Positions 9,858 through 19,929 of a DNA stretch of 64,000 nucleotides are shown here, piece after piece. The position numbers and the translations under genes were made by a program. The first letter of the stretch is position 1, and each line of letters starts with the position of its first letter. Below the pieces are notes generated by a model. The model worked only from the letters and a program-made list of their open reading frames with translations, did not search any database and had not been told where the DNA came from. This DNA comes from an uncultured Pseudomonadales bacterium (GTDB lineage: Bacteria; Patescibacteriota; Microgenomatia; UBA1400; PJMF01): the NCBI GenBank assembly GCA_964457085.1, contig CAYWDM010000005.1, forward strand, positions 12,065-76,064. The letters are read 5' to 3'.

Positions 9858-10565
9858 CTAACTATCGAGTTTTCGATATATTACCTTACCTACAAACATT
9901 TTCATGATCTTATGACTCCATTCAACCAACCATCTGACACTAAACTTAGGACTCTTCTTGGCTCCAGCTTCCTCAATCGCTGGAGTAATGGGCACCACTA
10001 CCACGGCTTGCTTGGGCAATGGATGATTCTGAGGTAAGTTTTTAATCGCATCAACAATCACTATTTCTTTGGGAAGTTGATCAGCTTGCTGTTCGACTTT
10101 GTTGAGATATCCCTCAACTTCAGGTGGCAACTCTGGATTTTTCTCAATCTCAACCGCTTGAATTCCCGTACCAGACTCAGCTTGTGAGGAATTGTCTGGA
10201 GTTTTTGAACCTAATGATTCTTTAGCGGTAGTTGTTGGAGTCGCTGGATTGAGGGTATTGGTGGCGTTAAGAATTGCCTGAGGCATCACCTGTGCCAACT
10301 CACCAGTCTCTTTAACTGCCTGCTGCATCGCTTCTTCAGCAGCTTTTCGTGCCTCGTCACTTTTTGCTGAAGCCTCATTAATGGCCTGCTCCAACAACGC
10401 CAAAGCGTCTGTCTCTGGAAGTGGAGTGGGTGTTACTGGAGAGGTGCTGTTGACTGCAGTAGAGACACCACCAGCAAGGACAGTGTTTTGGTCATCAGTT
10501 TTCTGATCATCTTGTTGCTGTATTGGGGTAGCTGGCTGTGTTGGTAAAAGTGAATTATCATTCAT
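9858..10565 (-). CDS. Hypothetical protein (disordered N-terminus, C-terminal 'SVRWLVEW' helix)
   Basis: 235-aa ORF, Q/T/P/A-rich, with a compact amphipathic C-terminal motif; directly upstream of the VirD4-like gene. Confidence 0.7.
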   Translation of the reverse strand: MNDNSLLPTQPATPIQQQDDQKTDDQNTVLAGGVSTAVNSTSPVTPTPLPETDALALLEQAINEASAKSDEARKAAEEAMQQAVKETGELAQVMPQAILNATNTLNPATPTTTAKESLGSKTPDNSSQAESGTGIQAVEIEKNPELPPEVEGYLNKVEQQADQLPKEIVIVDAIKNLPQNHPLPKQAVVVVPITPAIEEAGAKKSPKFSVRWLVEWSHKIMKMFVGKVIYRKLDS

Positions 10566-10639
10566 ATGAGCAGTCGTTTCATGATACAGGGAATTGCTGC
10601 TAGAGTGAAGTCAGCAGTACAACGGGCGAATTTAAACAG

Positions 10640-11917
10640 TTACTCCATCAGCAACACATCCCCAATCTGAAAATGCAATTCTTGAGCTTTTCCAGCCGGC
10701 ACTTCCAAAACCATATTAACTTGCGTTTTTGGCAAATACTGTTTAAGTTGAGCTAGGCTTGTTCCTTTTGAAGGAGCTGCAACTTGAGTAGAAATATCCA
10801 TTACCTTCCCATCCAACAACCAGATAAGATCCAAATCAAAGTGCATGTCTTTCATCCAAAAAACCCAATGATTTTTACTTGGAAAGACAAATAACATGCC
10901 ATCAGCTCCAATTTCCTCTCGATTGCTCAAGCCCAATGTCCTGCTCGCATTTGTATTAACTACTTCAAAAATATGTCTCTTTTCTTGATGTAAAACAGTT
11001 ATTTTTTGACGATCAGTCAAGCTTAGTCCAACACTACTAGTTACAACTCCCCGAGCACTCTGCTGGGATTCAACAGCTTGCCCACCCAACTGTCTATTTA
11101 ATTTTTTGCCAACGATTAGACTCAAACCAAATAGCGTCACCACTACAGCTAAAAAAAGTAATAAGCTCTGTTTTTTCTTAACTTCTGTACCCCACCACCG
11201 AAAAAGAAAGCTCGCTGAAAAACCGATCACCGAAATTAAAAAAAGTTGATTAAAACCCAAACCATAAAAAAACTCTGGTCGATCTAATCTTAAAAAGTCC
11301 AACCCAAGTCGAATTGTGCCATACAGCAACACATACCATCCAAAAAACCTACCTTGTCCCATTTTTTTAGGTTGTTGCCAGTAGATTCGCCATAAAATTC
11401 CCGCCAATAACAATAGTGCAATGATTTCATACATAAAAAGAGGCTGGTAATATGCAACAGTTTCAAATCCTGGCAATCGATGTGACGGGTCAATGTATAA
11501 TTTCCAGGGTAAATTGGTCGGCAAACCATATAACTCTTGATTAACATAATTTGCTAAACGCCCAATTGCTTGTCCAATAGGGAGGCATAGTGCAACTGCA
11601 TCAAGCAACCACCACCGCTCCTTAGATGACTTAACTGATATCCAAATTCCAGCCAACAACCCAATCACAGCTCCCAAGATACTTAATCCACCATTCCATA
11701 CTGCAAAAATCTGCCACGGTTGACTTACATATAACGACCAATCCGTCATCAGGTGCCACATTCTTGCAGCTACCAACATGCAGATTAAAATCTGTGTAAT
11801 TTGCCATGAACTTAGAGGGACTTTCTCTTCAGAATGAGATTTTGCAGCGATGTATTCGAGTAGCCAGAGCACGCTCACAACTGCCACCCCAACTATAAAA
11901 CCATACCAGTGGAACAT
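10640..11917 (-). CDS. lgt: Prolipoprotein diacylglyceryl transferase fused to a C-terminal DUF192 domain
   Basis: WYG, GQAIGRLANYVNQELYGLPTNLPW, PLFMYE; after a further TM helix 'RTLGLSNR...GMLFVF...FWMKDMHFDLDLIWL...VLEVPAG' (DUF192). Start ATG 11917 lies just after the upstream stop. Confidence 0.85.
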   Translation of the reverse strand: MFHWYGFIVGVAVVSVLWLLEYIAAKSHSEEKVPLSSWQITQILICMLVAARMWHLMTDWSLYVSQPWQIFAVWNGGLSILGAVIGLLAGIWISVKSSKERWWLLDAVALCLPIGQAIGRLANYVNQELYGLPTNLPWKLYIDPSHRLPGFETVAYYQPLFMYEIIALLLLAGILWRIYWQQPKKMGQGRFFGWYVLLYGTIRLGLDFLRLDRPEFFYGLGFNQLFLISVIGFSASFLFRWWGTEVKKKQSLLLFLAVVVTLFGLSLIVGKKLNRQLGGQAVESQQSARGVVTSSVGLSLTDRQKITVLHQEKRHIFEVVNTNASRTLGLSNREEIGADGMLFVFPSKNHWVFWMKDMHFDLDLIWLLDGKVMDISTQVAAPSKGTSLAQLKQYLPKTQVNMVLEVPAGKAQELHFQIGDVLLME

Positions 11918-11919
11918 CT

Positions 11920-12423
11920 CTAGTTTCCAAATAACCACCAAATGTATAAAACTAACATATACGCGGTGGCAATAATCATTATTCTCAGTAATTGTGCGTA
12001 AGATACAGTTCCCAGTTTTGATTTTTCAAGCAAACCCGTAAATCTTTCAAGGAAAAGTGTAGGTGTTCCCACCAATCTCCAGCCCTCAAACAAAACCCCA
12101 ATACCAATACCAAAAATCACCCCATAGCCAATAAATTGATCTGTAGAAGTTAAAATATATATTGCCAAACCTGCATACACCAATAAGAAAAGTGGCGATC
12201 TTGTCACCAAGTTAGTGTCATTTTCATCCAGTCGATACTGTACTAACAAATATTTTTCATCAACCTTTAACAGTAACAAGCCAATTATCCCACCCAGTAG
12301 TAGCCAAAAAATTGACAACCAATTGGAAATTACTAATCCTGACAATCCTGCAACAACTGCCAAAATCATCACTGGCAATGCCATTTTTTTAAGCTCACTG
12401 TACGGTAAAAAATCAAATTGCAT
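11920..12423 (-). CDS. Hypothetical integral membrane protein
   Basis: Four to five hydrophobic segments; tightly packed in an operon. Confidence 0.7.
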   Translation of the reverse strand: MQFDFLPYSELKKMALPVMILAVVAGLSGLVISNWLSIFWLLLGGIIGLLLLKVDEKYLLVQYRLDENDTNLVTRSPLFLLVYAGLAIYILTSTDQFIGYGVIFGIGIGVLFEGWRLVGTPTLFLERFTGLLEKSKLGTVSYAQLLRIMIIATAYMLVLYIWWLFGN

Positions 12424-12428
12424 GCTAT

Positions 12429-13742
12429 TTACTGCCTGAGTTGTTCTGCGTCAAACACTGGGGTCGGCGAATTTATACTTGGAACTCCAGTTGGCTTGGT
12501 ACTAACTTGAGCTGAAGGCGTTGCTTGATCGATTTCAGCAACAGGCTTGGTTAAAGAGATGATTGTATTAAATGCTGCATCAATTTTTTGATGGAACTCT
12601 TGATTGTCGGTATATTTAATGACTAATTGGTTAATAATCACCTCAATTTCCGAAAGATTAAGAGATTCGTCAACAACCAGCATTTGATTCCCCGCCATCA
12701 CTGCCTCAGCCATTAAATCTGCAACTGGCTTATTTTCCTCGGCTGCCAGTAAAGGACCAAAGCCATCTGCAATTAGTAGCGATTTTGAGTATTTTTTAGG
12801 AAAATCTGCGAGACAACTAGCACTGAGGCTGCATGGTTTCTCGTCAAATTGTCCAGCGATTTTTGCTGCTGTTGTAATTACTCCAATGTTTGGGAATTCA
12901 ATGAGTAAATCCTTGAAGGGTTGCACATCTGCCAACTCAACTTGAAGTAATTGATCACCTGATTTTGGATTACTACTTGCCGAACCCGTACCAGGAAAAT
13001 GAGCTAGTACAGGCAAAATTCCATTTCTACCAAAACTAGATATAAAGGCTCTCGCCAGCTCCATAGATTTAGAGTAATTTGCACATCCAAGGTTTTTAAC
13101 CCAAGAGTCAGGGGTAGGCTGATCAATAACTGGTCCAACAATGATATTAATGCCCATTTCACGCCACAATTTGGCCACATCATTCCACTGAGTGGCCGCA
13201 GTATCAGTCGAAAGATTACAATTAGCTGACAACGTAGAAGGCTGAGGTAGTGAACGTGTCGCCGGCACAAATCTAGTCTGACTTGCTTGATTCACTGCGA
13301 TTAAAATCGGTCTATTCATCAGTCCACTAGCAGTAGCAATTTGAGCCACAGCTAATTGGGCTGAGATGCTGGCTGACTGTTTTCCAACAAGTATTACTGC
13401 CCCAGGCTTGTTTTTTTGCAACCACTCAAGAGTTGCTGGCGAATACAACGTGCTAATTCTAGTAGAGCCAGGAGTAACTGGTTGCTTTTCATCGATGTTT
13501 TGCAGTGCAACCGGAACAACTAGCAACCGCGCAACTTTTTCTCTGGCTGTAAAATCAGCAAAATTATTATTCTCTATTGGTTTTTCCTGTTGGACTGTTT
13601 CTGTCTTTGCGACATCTTGTTTAAAGAATGGACGCTTAAAACGATTGTAGCCCAACAAACCCGCAAAAATTAACAAAATAGCAATAAAAATGTAGGTAGG
13701 AAGTTGTTTCATTTTCCGAGTTTTATTTGTTGTACTTTCCAC
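12429..13742 (-). CDS. Membrane-anchored glycoside hydrolase family 3 N-terminal (NagZ-like) domain protein with degenerate motifs
   Basis: 'GINIIVGPVID', 'LAHFPGTG' (cf. KHFPGHG), 'DVQPFK', 'CSLS', 'IADG', 'AVMAGNQML'; N-terminal TM helix. Confidence 0.75.
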   Translation of the reverse strand: MESTTNKTRKMKQLPTYIFIAILLIFAGLLGYNRFKRPFFKQDVAKTETVQQEKPIENNNFADFTAREKVARLLVVPVALQNIDEKQPVTPGSTRISTLYSPATLEWLQKNKPGAVILVGKQSASISAQLAVAQIATASGLMNRPILIAVNQASQTRFVPATRSLPQPSTLSANCNLSTDTAATQWNDVAKLWREMGINIIVGPVIDQPTPDSWVKNLGCANYSKSMELARAFISSFGRNGILPVLAHFPGTGSASSNPKSGDQLLQVELADVQPFKDLLIEFPNIGVITTAAKIAGQFDEKPCSLSASCLADFPKKYSKSLLIADGFGPLLAAEENKPVADLMAEAVMAGNQMLVVDESLNLSEIEVIINQLVIKYTDNQEFHQKIDAAFNTIISLTKPVAEIDQATPSAQVSTKPTGVPSINSPTPVFDAEQLRQ

Positions 13743-14026
13743 ATAAATAATTTTGCCTTATTCTTTGCGTTGGCATCTGTCACAAAAGCCAGAGCTCTTT
13801 CTAAAATGCCTCGATCAATTGTTTTTGACATTCTCATGTATAAGCTTTTGTGCTCTAGATCACCAAGTGCCACTGCCAATCGATATCCAAAATCTTGGAA
13901 TTCCTGACTTACATATTTATTAACTTCAATCGTAGTATAGCGGGCAAAAAGTCCCTGAGTCGATTGAAATCCAAGTGTATTTTGAACACTTGTCGGTGAC
14001 TTTTTTACTTTGGCGTCATTCTTCAT
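13709..14026 (-). CDS. Small hypothetical protein
   Basis: 105-aa basic helical ORF ('EFQDFGYRLA...HKSLYMR...KAKLFMW') overlapping both neighbours. Confidence 0.7.
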   Translation of the reverse strand: MKNDAKVKKSPTSVQNTLGFQSTQGLFARYTTIEVNKYVSQEFQDFGYRLAVALGDLEHKSLYMRMSKTIDRGILERALAFVTDANAKNKAKLFMWKVQQIKLGK

Positions 14027-15248
14027 AGATATGATCTTTATGATCTCTCACCAACAAGCTTAACATAGTGCCAATTCCTCCTAAAGCAAATAGTAATTGC
14101 CAAGATTTATTACTGATTAAAAACAGTCCAGCAAATAATAACCAAAACAAGATTGCCACCACACTGATGATTACTTCTCGATATACGAAAAACGACAGTG
14201 CCTGACTTCCCTTACTGCGGCGCATAAACAGCGTGTCGAAAAATAGCCAGTGGAAATTAGATGTCAAACGTTCAATCATGTCTAAAATTGCAATGCTCCA
14301 GAAATTAAAAATCATTGTTCGAGCCAGCCATAATAGTGACAGCAAACCCCCACTCACCATAAATGGTTTGCGGGTGCGATGCCTGTCAAGAAATGATCCA
14401 GTAAAATAGGTAATAATCATTGCTAAGAACAAGGACAGTCCATACAAAAAGCCAACTCTATCAACAGTTCCCAAGATAAAAAAAACATATAATGGCCACA
14501 CTACTAACGTGGCATCATTAATGTATCTACCTGCATATGAAACAGCGAGCTTTCTATACCCAGGTTCCTGCATCCACGAAAAAAACTCCTTCCAACTGAC
14601 GACATCATTTATCTTAGTTGGCTTCATTAGAGCACTGCAAACCATGCCAAATAGCACTGTAATCAACCCAAATAGAAATAACATCTGATATCCAAAAGTC
14701 ACCACTACTGCACCACCAATAATTGGTGCCACCATTGAAGAAAGATTGACTATAAAACTGATCGAGCCCATGTGGCTTCCCATGTGACTTTTAAGTGATT
14801 TCTGTGAGTTCAGAGTGTGGTAACTATTCCAAAAAAACACCTGTATTGTCTCAAAAATTGCAGCCAACACCAACAAAAGCGGCATCTTTTCTACAGAATA
14901 CAAACACATAAAATACACTACATATCCGGCTTGACTCACCAGAAACGACCTTTGGGGACCAATCTTAGTGATTATGCTGCCAATTGGAATCAAAAAAATT
15001 AAAGAAAGTGCTCGATTGAACAAGTAATAAAAAGCAATTACCAACATCCCTTGTTGAAATGAGTTTATCAACGGTGAAAAACTAGGTAAAGACTCACCAA
15101 ATTTAAATAAAAATAATGGCAAAAAGAGCAACACCATCTTGCTAGAAAGCTCTCGTGACATGCGTAAACCATTTAGTAACCAGGTTTCTCTATCTTGGTG
15201 AGGCTGCCAATTCACAAAATTAAGCCGATGATGATACACAGATGGCAT
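14016..15248 (-). CDS. MFS transporter
   Basis: 410 aa, about 12 TM segments in two halves, 'APIIGG', 'GSFLDRH' motif-A-like loop. Confidence 0.8.
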   Translation of the reverse strand: MPSVYHHRLNFVNWQPHQDRETWLLNGLRMSRELSSKMVLLFLPLFLFKFGESLPSFSPLINSFQQGMLVIAFYYLFNRALSLIFLIPIGSIITKIGPQRSFLVSQAGYVVYFMCLYSVEKMPLLLVLAAIFETIQVFFWNSYHTLNSQKSLKSHMGSHMGSISFIVNLSSMVAPIIGGAVVVTFGYQMLFLFGLITVLFGMVCSALMKPTKINDVVSWKEFFSWMQEPGYRKLAVSYAGRYINDATLVVWPLYVFFILGTVDRVGFLYGLSLFLAMIITYFTGSFLDRHRTRKPFMVSGGLLSLLWLARTMIFNFWSIAILDMIERLTSNFHWLFFDTLFMRRSKGSQALSFFVYREVIISVVAILFWLLFAGLFLISNKSWQLLFALGGIGTMLSLLVRDHKDHIYEE

Positions 15249-15250
15249 GT

Positions 15251-15811
15251 TTATTTTTGAGCACTCTCAAGCAGTTTTTTACTGAGACCAATCAAGCTAT
15301 CCATAAAAAGCAGTCTTTGATCAAGCATAAAATCTTCCAAAACATAGTCTCTTCCTCGCTGTCGTTCTCCCTGTCCTCTCCCATCGACGCCCAGTCTCAA
15401 ATGCCAAAAATCATTGCTTCCTAAATGTTCATACATGGATTTGAGTCCATTGTGCACTTTCGGACCCTTCCCGAGTTGCAGTTTATTGCTACCAACAACT
15501 AGATCCAAATCATCATGAGCTACATACAGTGAATGCAGTAACTCTTTTTTTTGATCCGGTGACAGTGAGCCAAATTTCAAATAGTAGTCAAGCACTCCTC
15601 TGACTGCCAAACCTGATTGATTCATGAACAGCTGTGGCTGAATGAGCATCCACTCTGAATTTTTACTAATCAAGGAATTAGTTTTTTTCATCATCACCCA
15701 ACCAGGCATACGAAGCTGTTCTCTTATCAATTCTGCAAACATAAACCCAGCGTTATGGCGAGTGTTTTGATACTGGGTGCCAGGATTTCCTAGTCCAATT
15801 AAAAATTTCAT
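15251..15811 (-). CDS. pth: Peptidyl-tRNA hydrolase
   Basis: MKFLIGLGNPG..Y..TRHNAGF, FMNQSG, HDDLD, HNGL, RLGV. Start moved to ATG 15811. Confidence 0.95.
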   Translation of the reverse strand: MKFLIGLGNPGTQYQNTRHNAGFMFAELIREQLRMPGWVMMKKTNSLISKNSEWMLIQPQLFMNQSGLAVRGVLDYYLKFGSLSPDQKKELLHSLYVAHDDLDLVVGSNKLQLGKGPKVHNGLKSMYEHLGSNDFWHLRLGVDGRGQGERQRGRDYVLEDFMLDQRLLFMDSLIGLSKKLLESAQK

Positions 15812-15950
15812 AGAAAAACAAAGAAATGTACTACTCATGATGCCGGTTTTAGGAGTTCGAAACAAGTACTACCCAGCTTCTGAGTCAGCTGCAAATTACA
15901 ATAAAACTGCCTCGTTTGCCAATCAAAGGGTATAATTCACCCATTGTCGT

Positions 15951-16811
15951 ATGCCAAAAATAAAATCTCCATTTTTTTCAATCGTAATTCCAACTCTCAA
16001 TGAGGAAAAGTATTTACCAAAACTGCTTACAGATCTCAGCAAACAGTCATATCAGGATTTTGAGGTCATTCATATTGATGGGAATAGCGAAGATGGAACC
16101 GTTGCTAAAGCAGCACATTTTCACAGCAAAATCGACATTTCCACAACCTCTGTCACCACACGTAATGTGAGTTTCCAACGCAATACTGGAGCCAAAAAAG
16201 CTAAGGGAGAATGGATTTTATTTTTTGATGCCGACAACAGACTCCCAACGTATTTTCTAGATGGTATCCGCTATCAAATCGCCAAAACTCCAACCACTGA
16301 CATCTTCACGACATGGATTCAGGTTGAAGGCCGTGGTCGACTTTTTCGCGCTATCGAACAATTGGTAAATGTCACCACAGTGCTCTACGACCAACTCGAT
16401 CGCTCATTTGCTCCTGGAGCCATGATTGGCATCCGTCGCAAACTTCGCACAAAAAATGAGTTTGATCAAAAACAAAAAATTCTTGAAGATTATTATTTTG
16501 TTAAAACAGCTGTCGATAGAGGCTTAACCTTTAGCATCTTCAAAGAACCAAGGTATGTGCTGTCGCTGCGTCGCTATCGAAAAGAAGCTTTAAAAACAAT
16601 TGCTGCTGGAGCCATTATTCAGCTAAAATTTTTGGGTGGCAAAAGCTTTACCACCACTGATCATGGCTATGTTATGGAGGGCGGAGCATATTATGACCAA
16701 GCAAACACCGCCACTTTATTTTCAACACTCAGTGCATTTATTCAAAAAGCATCACAGAAGCAGCTGGCTGATGCCAAACGCATTTTTGCTAGTTTAACCC
16801 GTGATCTCTAA
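15951..16811 (+). CDS. Glycosyltransferase family 2
   Basis: FSIVIPTLNEE, DGNSEDGT, QRNTGA, FFDAD, ED motif; TATAAT at 15931-15936. Confidence 0.9.
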   Translation: MPKIKSPFFSIVIPTLNEEKYLPKLLTDLSKQSYQDFEVIHIDGNSEDGTVAKAAHFHSKIDISTTSVTTRNVSFQRNTGAKKAKGEWILFFDADNRLPTYFLDGIRYQIAKTPTTDIFTTWIQVEGRGRLFRAIEQLVNVTTVLYDQLDRSFAPGAMIGIRRKLRTKNEFDQKQKILEDYYFVKTAVDRGLTFSIFKEPRYVLSLRRYRKEALKTIAAGAIIQLKFLGGKSFTTTDHGYVMEGGAYYDQANTATLFSTLSAFIQKASQKQLADAKRIFASLTRDL

Positions 16812-16819
16812 GTAAGAAA

Positions 16820-18661
16820 TTATTTTGCGATCTCTATAGTCTGCAGCTCCGCTACGCTAGTAGCTTGCTGCCAATTTTTGTCACTCCGAACTCGCACCAA
16901 TCTAGGAAAGCGCAGTGACCATCCTGATTGATGAATCGTAGACTTAGTTATTTCATCTGCGGCAATCTCCAATACAATCACAGGTTCAACCCAGACATCT
17001 GGTTCTAGGTTCTTATCAACCCAATAGTTTGCTGGCTTTGATTCAATTTTTGCCTGATCAGCCAAATTTTTAATGGTTGGTAGTTCTACATCAGTCAAAC
17101 CAGTGCCTAGTTTTGCCACAGACTTAACCAACAACTCGCCATCAACCTCCTCAATAACACCCAGTAAAAATGCTCCCACTCCAAATCCAGTTCTCTTACC
17201 TCTACCCCGGTAGTAACCCATCACCACACAGTCAACAGTGTCGTTTAACTTCCCGCTTGAACCTTCATGTTCTTTAATCTTGACCCAACGCCAGCCTTTT
17301 CTGCCGCTACGATATTCAGAACTAGTGAGTTTAATTACTGCTCCTTCTAGACCAGCAGCCAATTGAGCACTGTGATATTCATGAACTTCGTCAGCATTAG
17401 TAGTTTTTATAAACTTGGTCTGTTCAATCACTTCGCTATTAGTGCAAATTTTTTGCAACTCCGTCTTTCTAAAGCTGAGTGGCTCACTGATTAGCTCCCG
17501 ACCATCAAGATACATCAAATCAAAAACAAAAAATCTAATCGGAACAGTTACTGCAGTCTCTGCAACATCATGTTTACGCTTGCGAGTAATGGTGGTTTGA
17601 AATGAAGTAATTTTCTTGGTAATCGGATCGATGCCGACGGCTTCACAATCAAGGATGCAAGACTGACAAGTAAGTTGCTGTACAACTTTTTCAAGTTCTG
17701 GAAACATATTACTCACATCTTCAAGATTCCGAGTAAATGCTTTGTAAACAGGACGACGTCCTGTAGGTTCACCACTCAAATCAGTTTCAAAAATACCCTG
17801 TTTATCAATGTGAATTTGAATGCGTAAGCCATCATATTTTGGCTCAACATATACTTCTGGCATTTTGGCAATAATTTCAGCAGCAGTATTTAACCGCTGA
17901 CAAAGTGCATTTACCAATGGCACACCAACTTCGACTGTATAGGAACTGGCAGAAAAATCTTGATTCAAATAACTTGCAGCTAATTTGCCGATATCTGCTT
18001 TCTGCTGGTAAGCCAATTCCAATAATTCACCATCACGTTTATCTTGCCATTTCGACCATGAAAGTGAATCCATCAAAGTCATAGTTGAAAATCCTAGTCT
18101 TAATTTACCAATGATGATTCTGGAAACAAATTTTGCTGATATTGGATCCAGCTGCTTAAAAAGTCCCACCAATAACTCCAGCTTCTTTTCTTGCGATCCA
18201 TTACCCCCAACACGAGCAATTTCAACTAATCTCCGATATACCTCCTCTATTTGTAATTCAGACTGAACATCTGTTTTTGCCACAGCAAGTAAAAACTTCG
18301 CCGCTACTTCCTCTGCCACCAAACCCACATCACCCAATGCTTTGTATCTGCCATGCAATGCCAGTGACTCTTCATCGCCAGCTACGGCCAAAATATCTGA
18401 CTCAAACAACCCCACAGCTTGTGGTACTGGAACAACAGAATCATGCAATCTAGAAAGTGCTCGTAGTACCATCTTTGTTGATAGTTGGAACTCAAGCGAC
18501 ATATAACTGGGCAGTAAAATTCCCTGCAACAAATAGGCACTGATGTGGGCCTCACTATAAGTCAGCTGTCTCCACAGCTCCGCCAGTTGAGCAGTCATTT
18601 CCAGTCTTGAGCTGGTCTTTTCTAAAACATTGAGATAACGACTAAATTTTGCAAAAGTCAT
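16820..18661 (-). CDS. ATP-dependent DNA ligase (DNA-binding, adenylation and OB domains)
   Basis: EPKYDGLR (adenylated Lys), LDCE, FVFDL, EGAVIK, WVKIK, LRFPR..RVRSDK; N-terminal 'GKLRLG' DBD. Confidence 0.95.
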   Translation of the reverse strand: MTFAKFSRYLNVLEKTSSRLEMTAQLAELWRQLTYSEAHISAYLLQGILLPSYMSLEFQLSTKMVLRALSRLHDSVVPVPQAVGLFESDILAVAGDEESLALHGRYKALGDVGLVAEEVAAKFLLAVAKTDVQSELQIEEVYRRLVEIARVGGNGSQEKKLELLVGLFKQLDPISAKFVSRIIIGKLRLGFSTMTLMDSLSWSKWQDKRDGELLELAYQQKADIGKLAASYLNQDFSASSYTVEVGVPLVNALCQRLNTAAEIIAKMPEVYVEPKYDGLRIQIHIDKQGIFETDLSGEPTGRRPVYKAFTRNLEDVSNMFPELEKVVQQLTCQSCILDCEAVGIDPITKKITSFQTTITRKRKHDVAETAVTVPIRFFVFDLMYLDGRELISEPLSFRKTELQKICTNSEVIEQTKFIKTTNADEVHEYHSAQLAAGLEGAVIKLTSSEYRSGRKGWRWVKIKEHEGSSGKLNDTVDCVVMGYYRGRGKRTGFGVGAFLLGVIEEVDGELLVKSVAKLGTGLTDVELPTIKNLADQAKIESKPANYWVDKNLEPDVWVEPVIVLEIAADEITKSTIHQSGWSLRFPRLVRVRSDKNWQQATSVAELQTIEIAK

Positions 18662-18698
18662 AGCACAATTATGACAGGATCAAGTCAGAAAAACCAAA

Positions 18699-19787
18699 CT
18701 AATCCTCAAGCACGTACCGCACTCCCTTGGTTACACCTTGCTTGCGAACCACCCCTTTTTTGATCAAATCTTTCATGTCACGCAAAATCGTATCTGTTGA
18801 CACATTTGGCAACAACATTTGAGCATCCTCTGAAGTGATCTCGCCCTGATTTTGAAGTGTTTCTAGTAAAATTATTTGTCTCTCAGATAAGGCAACTTGT
18901 TTACCCAACTCACGTTTTAACCTCAAGTCTTTTGAGAGTCTCATTACCTGCAGCTTAATCTTATCAATTTCAACTGCCAGACCATAACAAAAATATTCTA
19001 ACCAATATGTTAAGTCTGTTTGCTCATGTTGCTGCACCGAAAGTAATGCGTTGTAGTATTGCTCAACGTCGGCATCAAAATATTGTTCTATTGAAAAAAA
19101 CTTCTTAAAATCATATCCAGATTGATAGAGCACTAGGCTTGCTAGAGCACGGGCTGTTCGCCCATTTCCCTCAATAAAAGGATGAATGTATACCAGCTGG
19201 TAATGAGTAATTGCGGCTCTAAAAATAGGATGAATCTGCGTTGTCTTGTCATCAACCAACCAAGTAAAAAATTCATCAACAAGATACGGAACCTCGACTG
19301 AAACAGGGGGACGAAATACCACGCTTCCTCCCTGAGCACCCCTAACAATTACTTGTTTGCGACGAAATTGACCAACACTATCAGTCTCAATTAGTCCCTG
19401 CATGGTTAACGAATGCAGTGTCTGCAGCGTCTCAACCCCAAATACCTGACGATTATCCAAAGCTTCTACTTGATCTATCCATGCGATCACGTTGCGATAA
19501 TTGATCACCTCTTGGATGTCACGTTCACGAGCAATAATATTTGCCTGTTTTGCTGTTGTTAATCCATCTGCTGTTTGAGATTGAATTACCTGACGAGTTT
19601 GTTCTTGAGTTAGATCATTTCCCTCGATTTTAGTGCCAAAATGTACTGTTCTGGTCAGTGCTTCATCACGAAATTTAGCTTCCCAGGATGGCACCAAAGG
19701 TGAGTGATCGATTAATGCCTTGGCAGCTTCAATACTCGATACATAAGTCAACAAATTACTGGTAATGGTAAATTTTGGCGTGTACAT
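18699..19787 (-). CDS. Fic-domain protein with C-terminal winged HTH
   Basis: HPFIEGNGRTAR Fic motif, 'TKIEGN', C-terminal 'DTILRDMKDLIKKG'. Confidence 0.92.
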   Translation of the reverse strand: MYTPKFTITSNLLTYVSSIEAAKALIDHSPLVPSWEAKFRDEALTRTVHFGTKIEGNDLTQEQTRQVIQSQTADGLTTAKQANIIARERDIQEVINYRNVIAWIDQVEALDNRQVFGVETLQTLHSLTMQGLIETDSVGQFRRKQVIVRGAQGGSVVFRPPVSVEVPYLVDEFFTWLVDDKTTQIHPIFRAAITHYQLVYIHPFIEGNGRTARALASLVLYQSGYDFKKFFSIEQYFDADVEQYYNALLSVQQHEQTDLTYWLEYFCYGLAVEIDKIKLQVMRLSKDLRLKRELGKQVALSERQIILLETLQNQGEITSEDAQMLLPNVSTDTILRDMKDLIKKGVVRKQGVTKGVRYVLED

Positions 19788-19929
19788 GTGTTCGTGATTT
19801 CTTAGTGTGATTGTACGTCAATTATCGCAAAAAATGCAGGGATATTTAAAGGCAAGCAACGACACAAAAATAGGTTGAATTATCTGTGCTTATCTCTGGA
19901 CTGCTCAACTCTGTATAATAGCTCTCACT

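Noticed and set aside
18699-19787. Fic as part of a toxin-antitoxin pair
   Set aside because: No adjacent small co-oriented antitoxin gene; the Fic+HTH architecture is a common stand-alone form.
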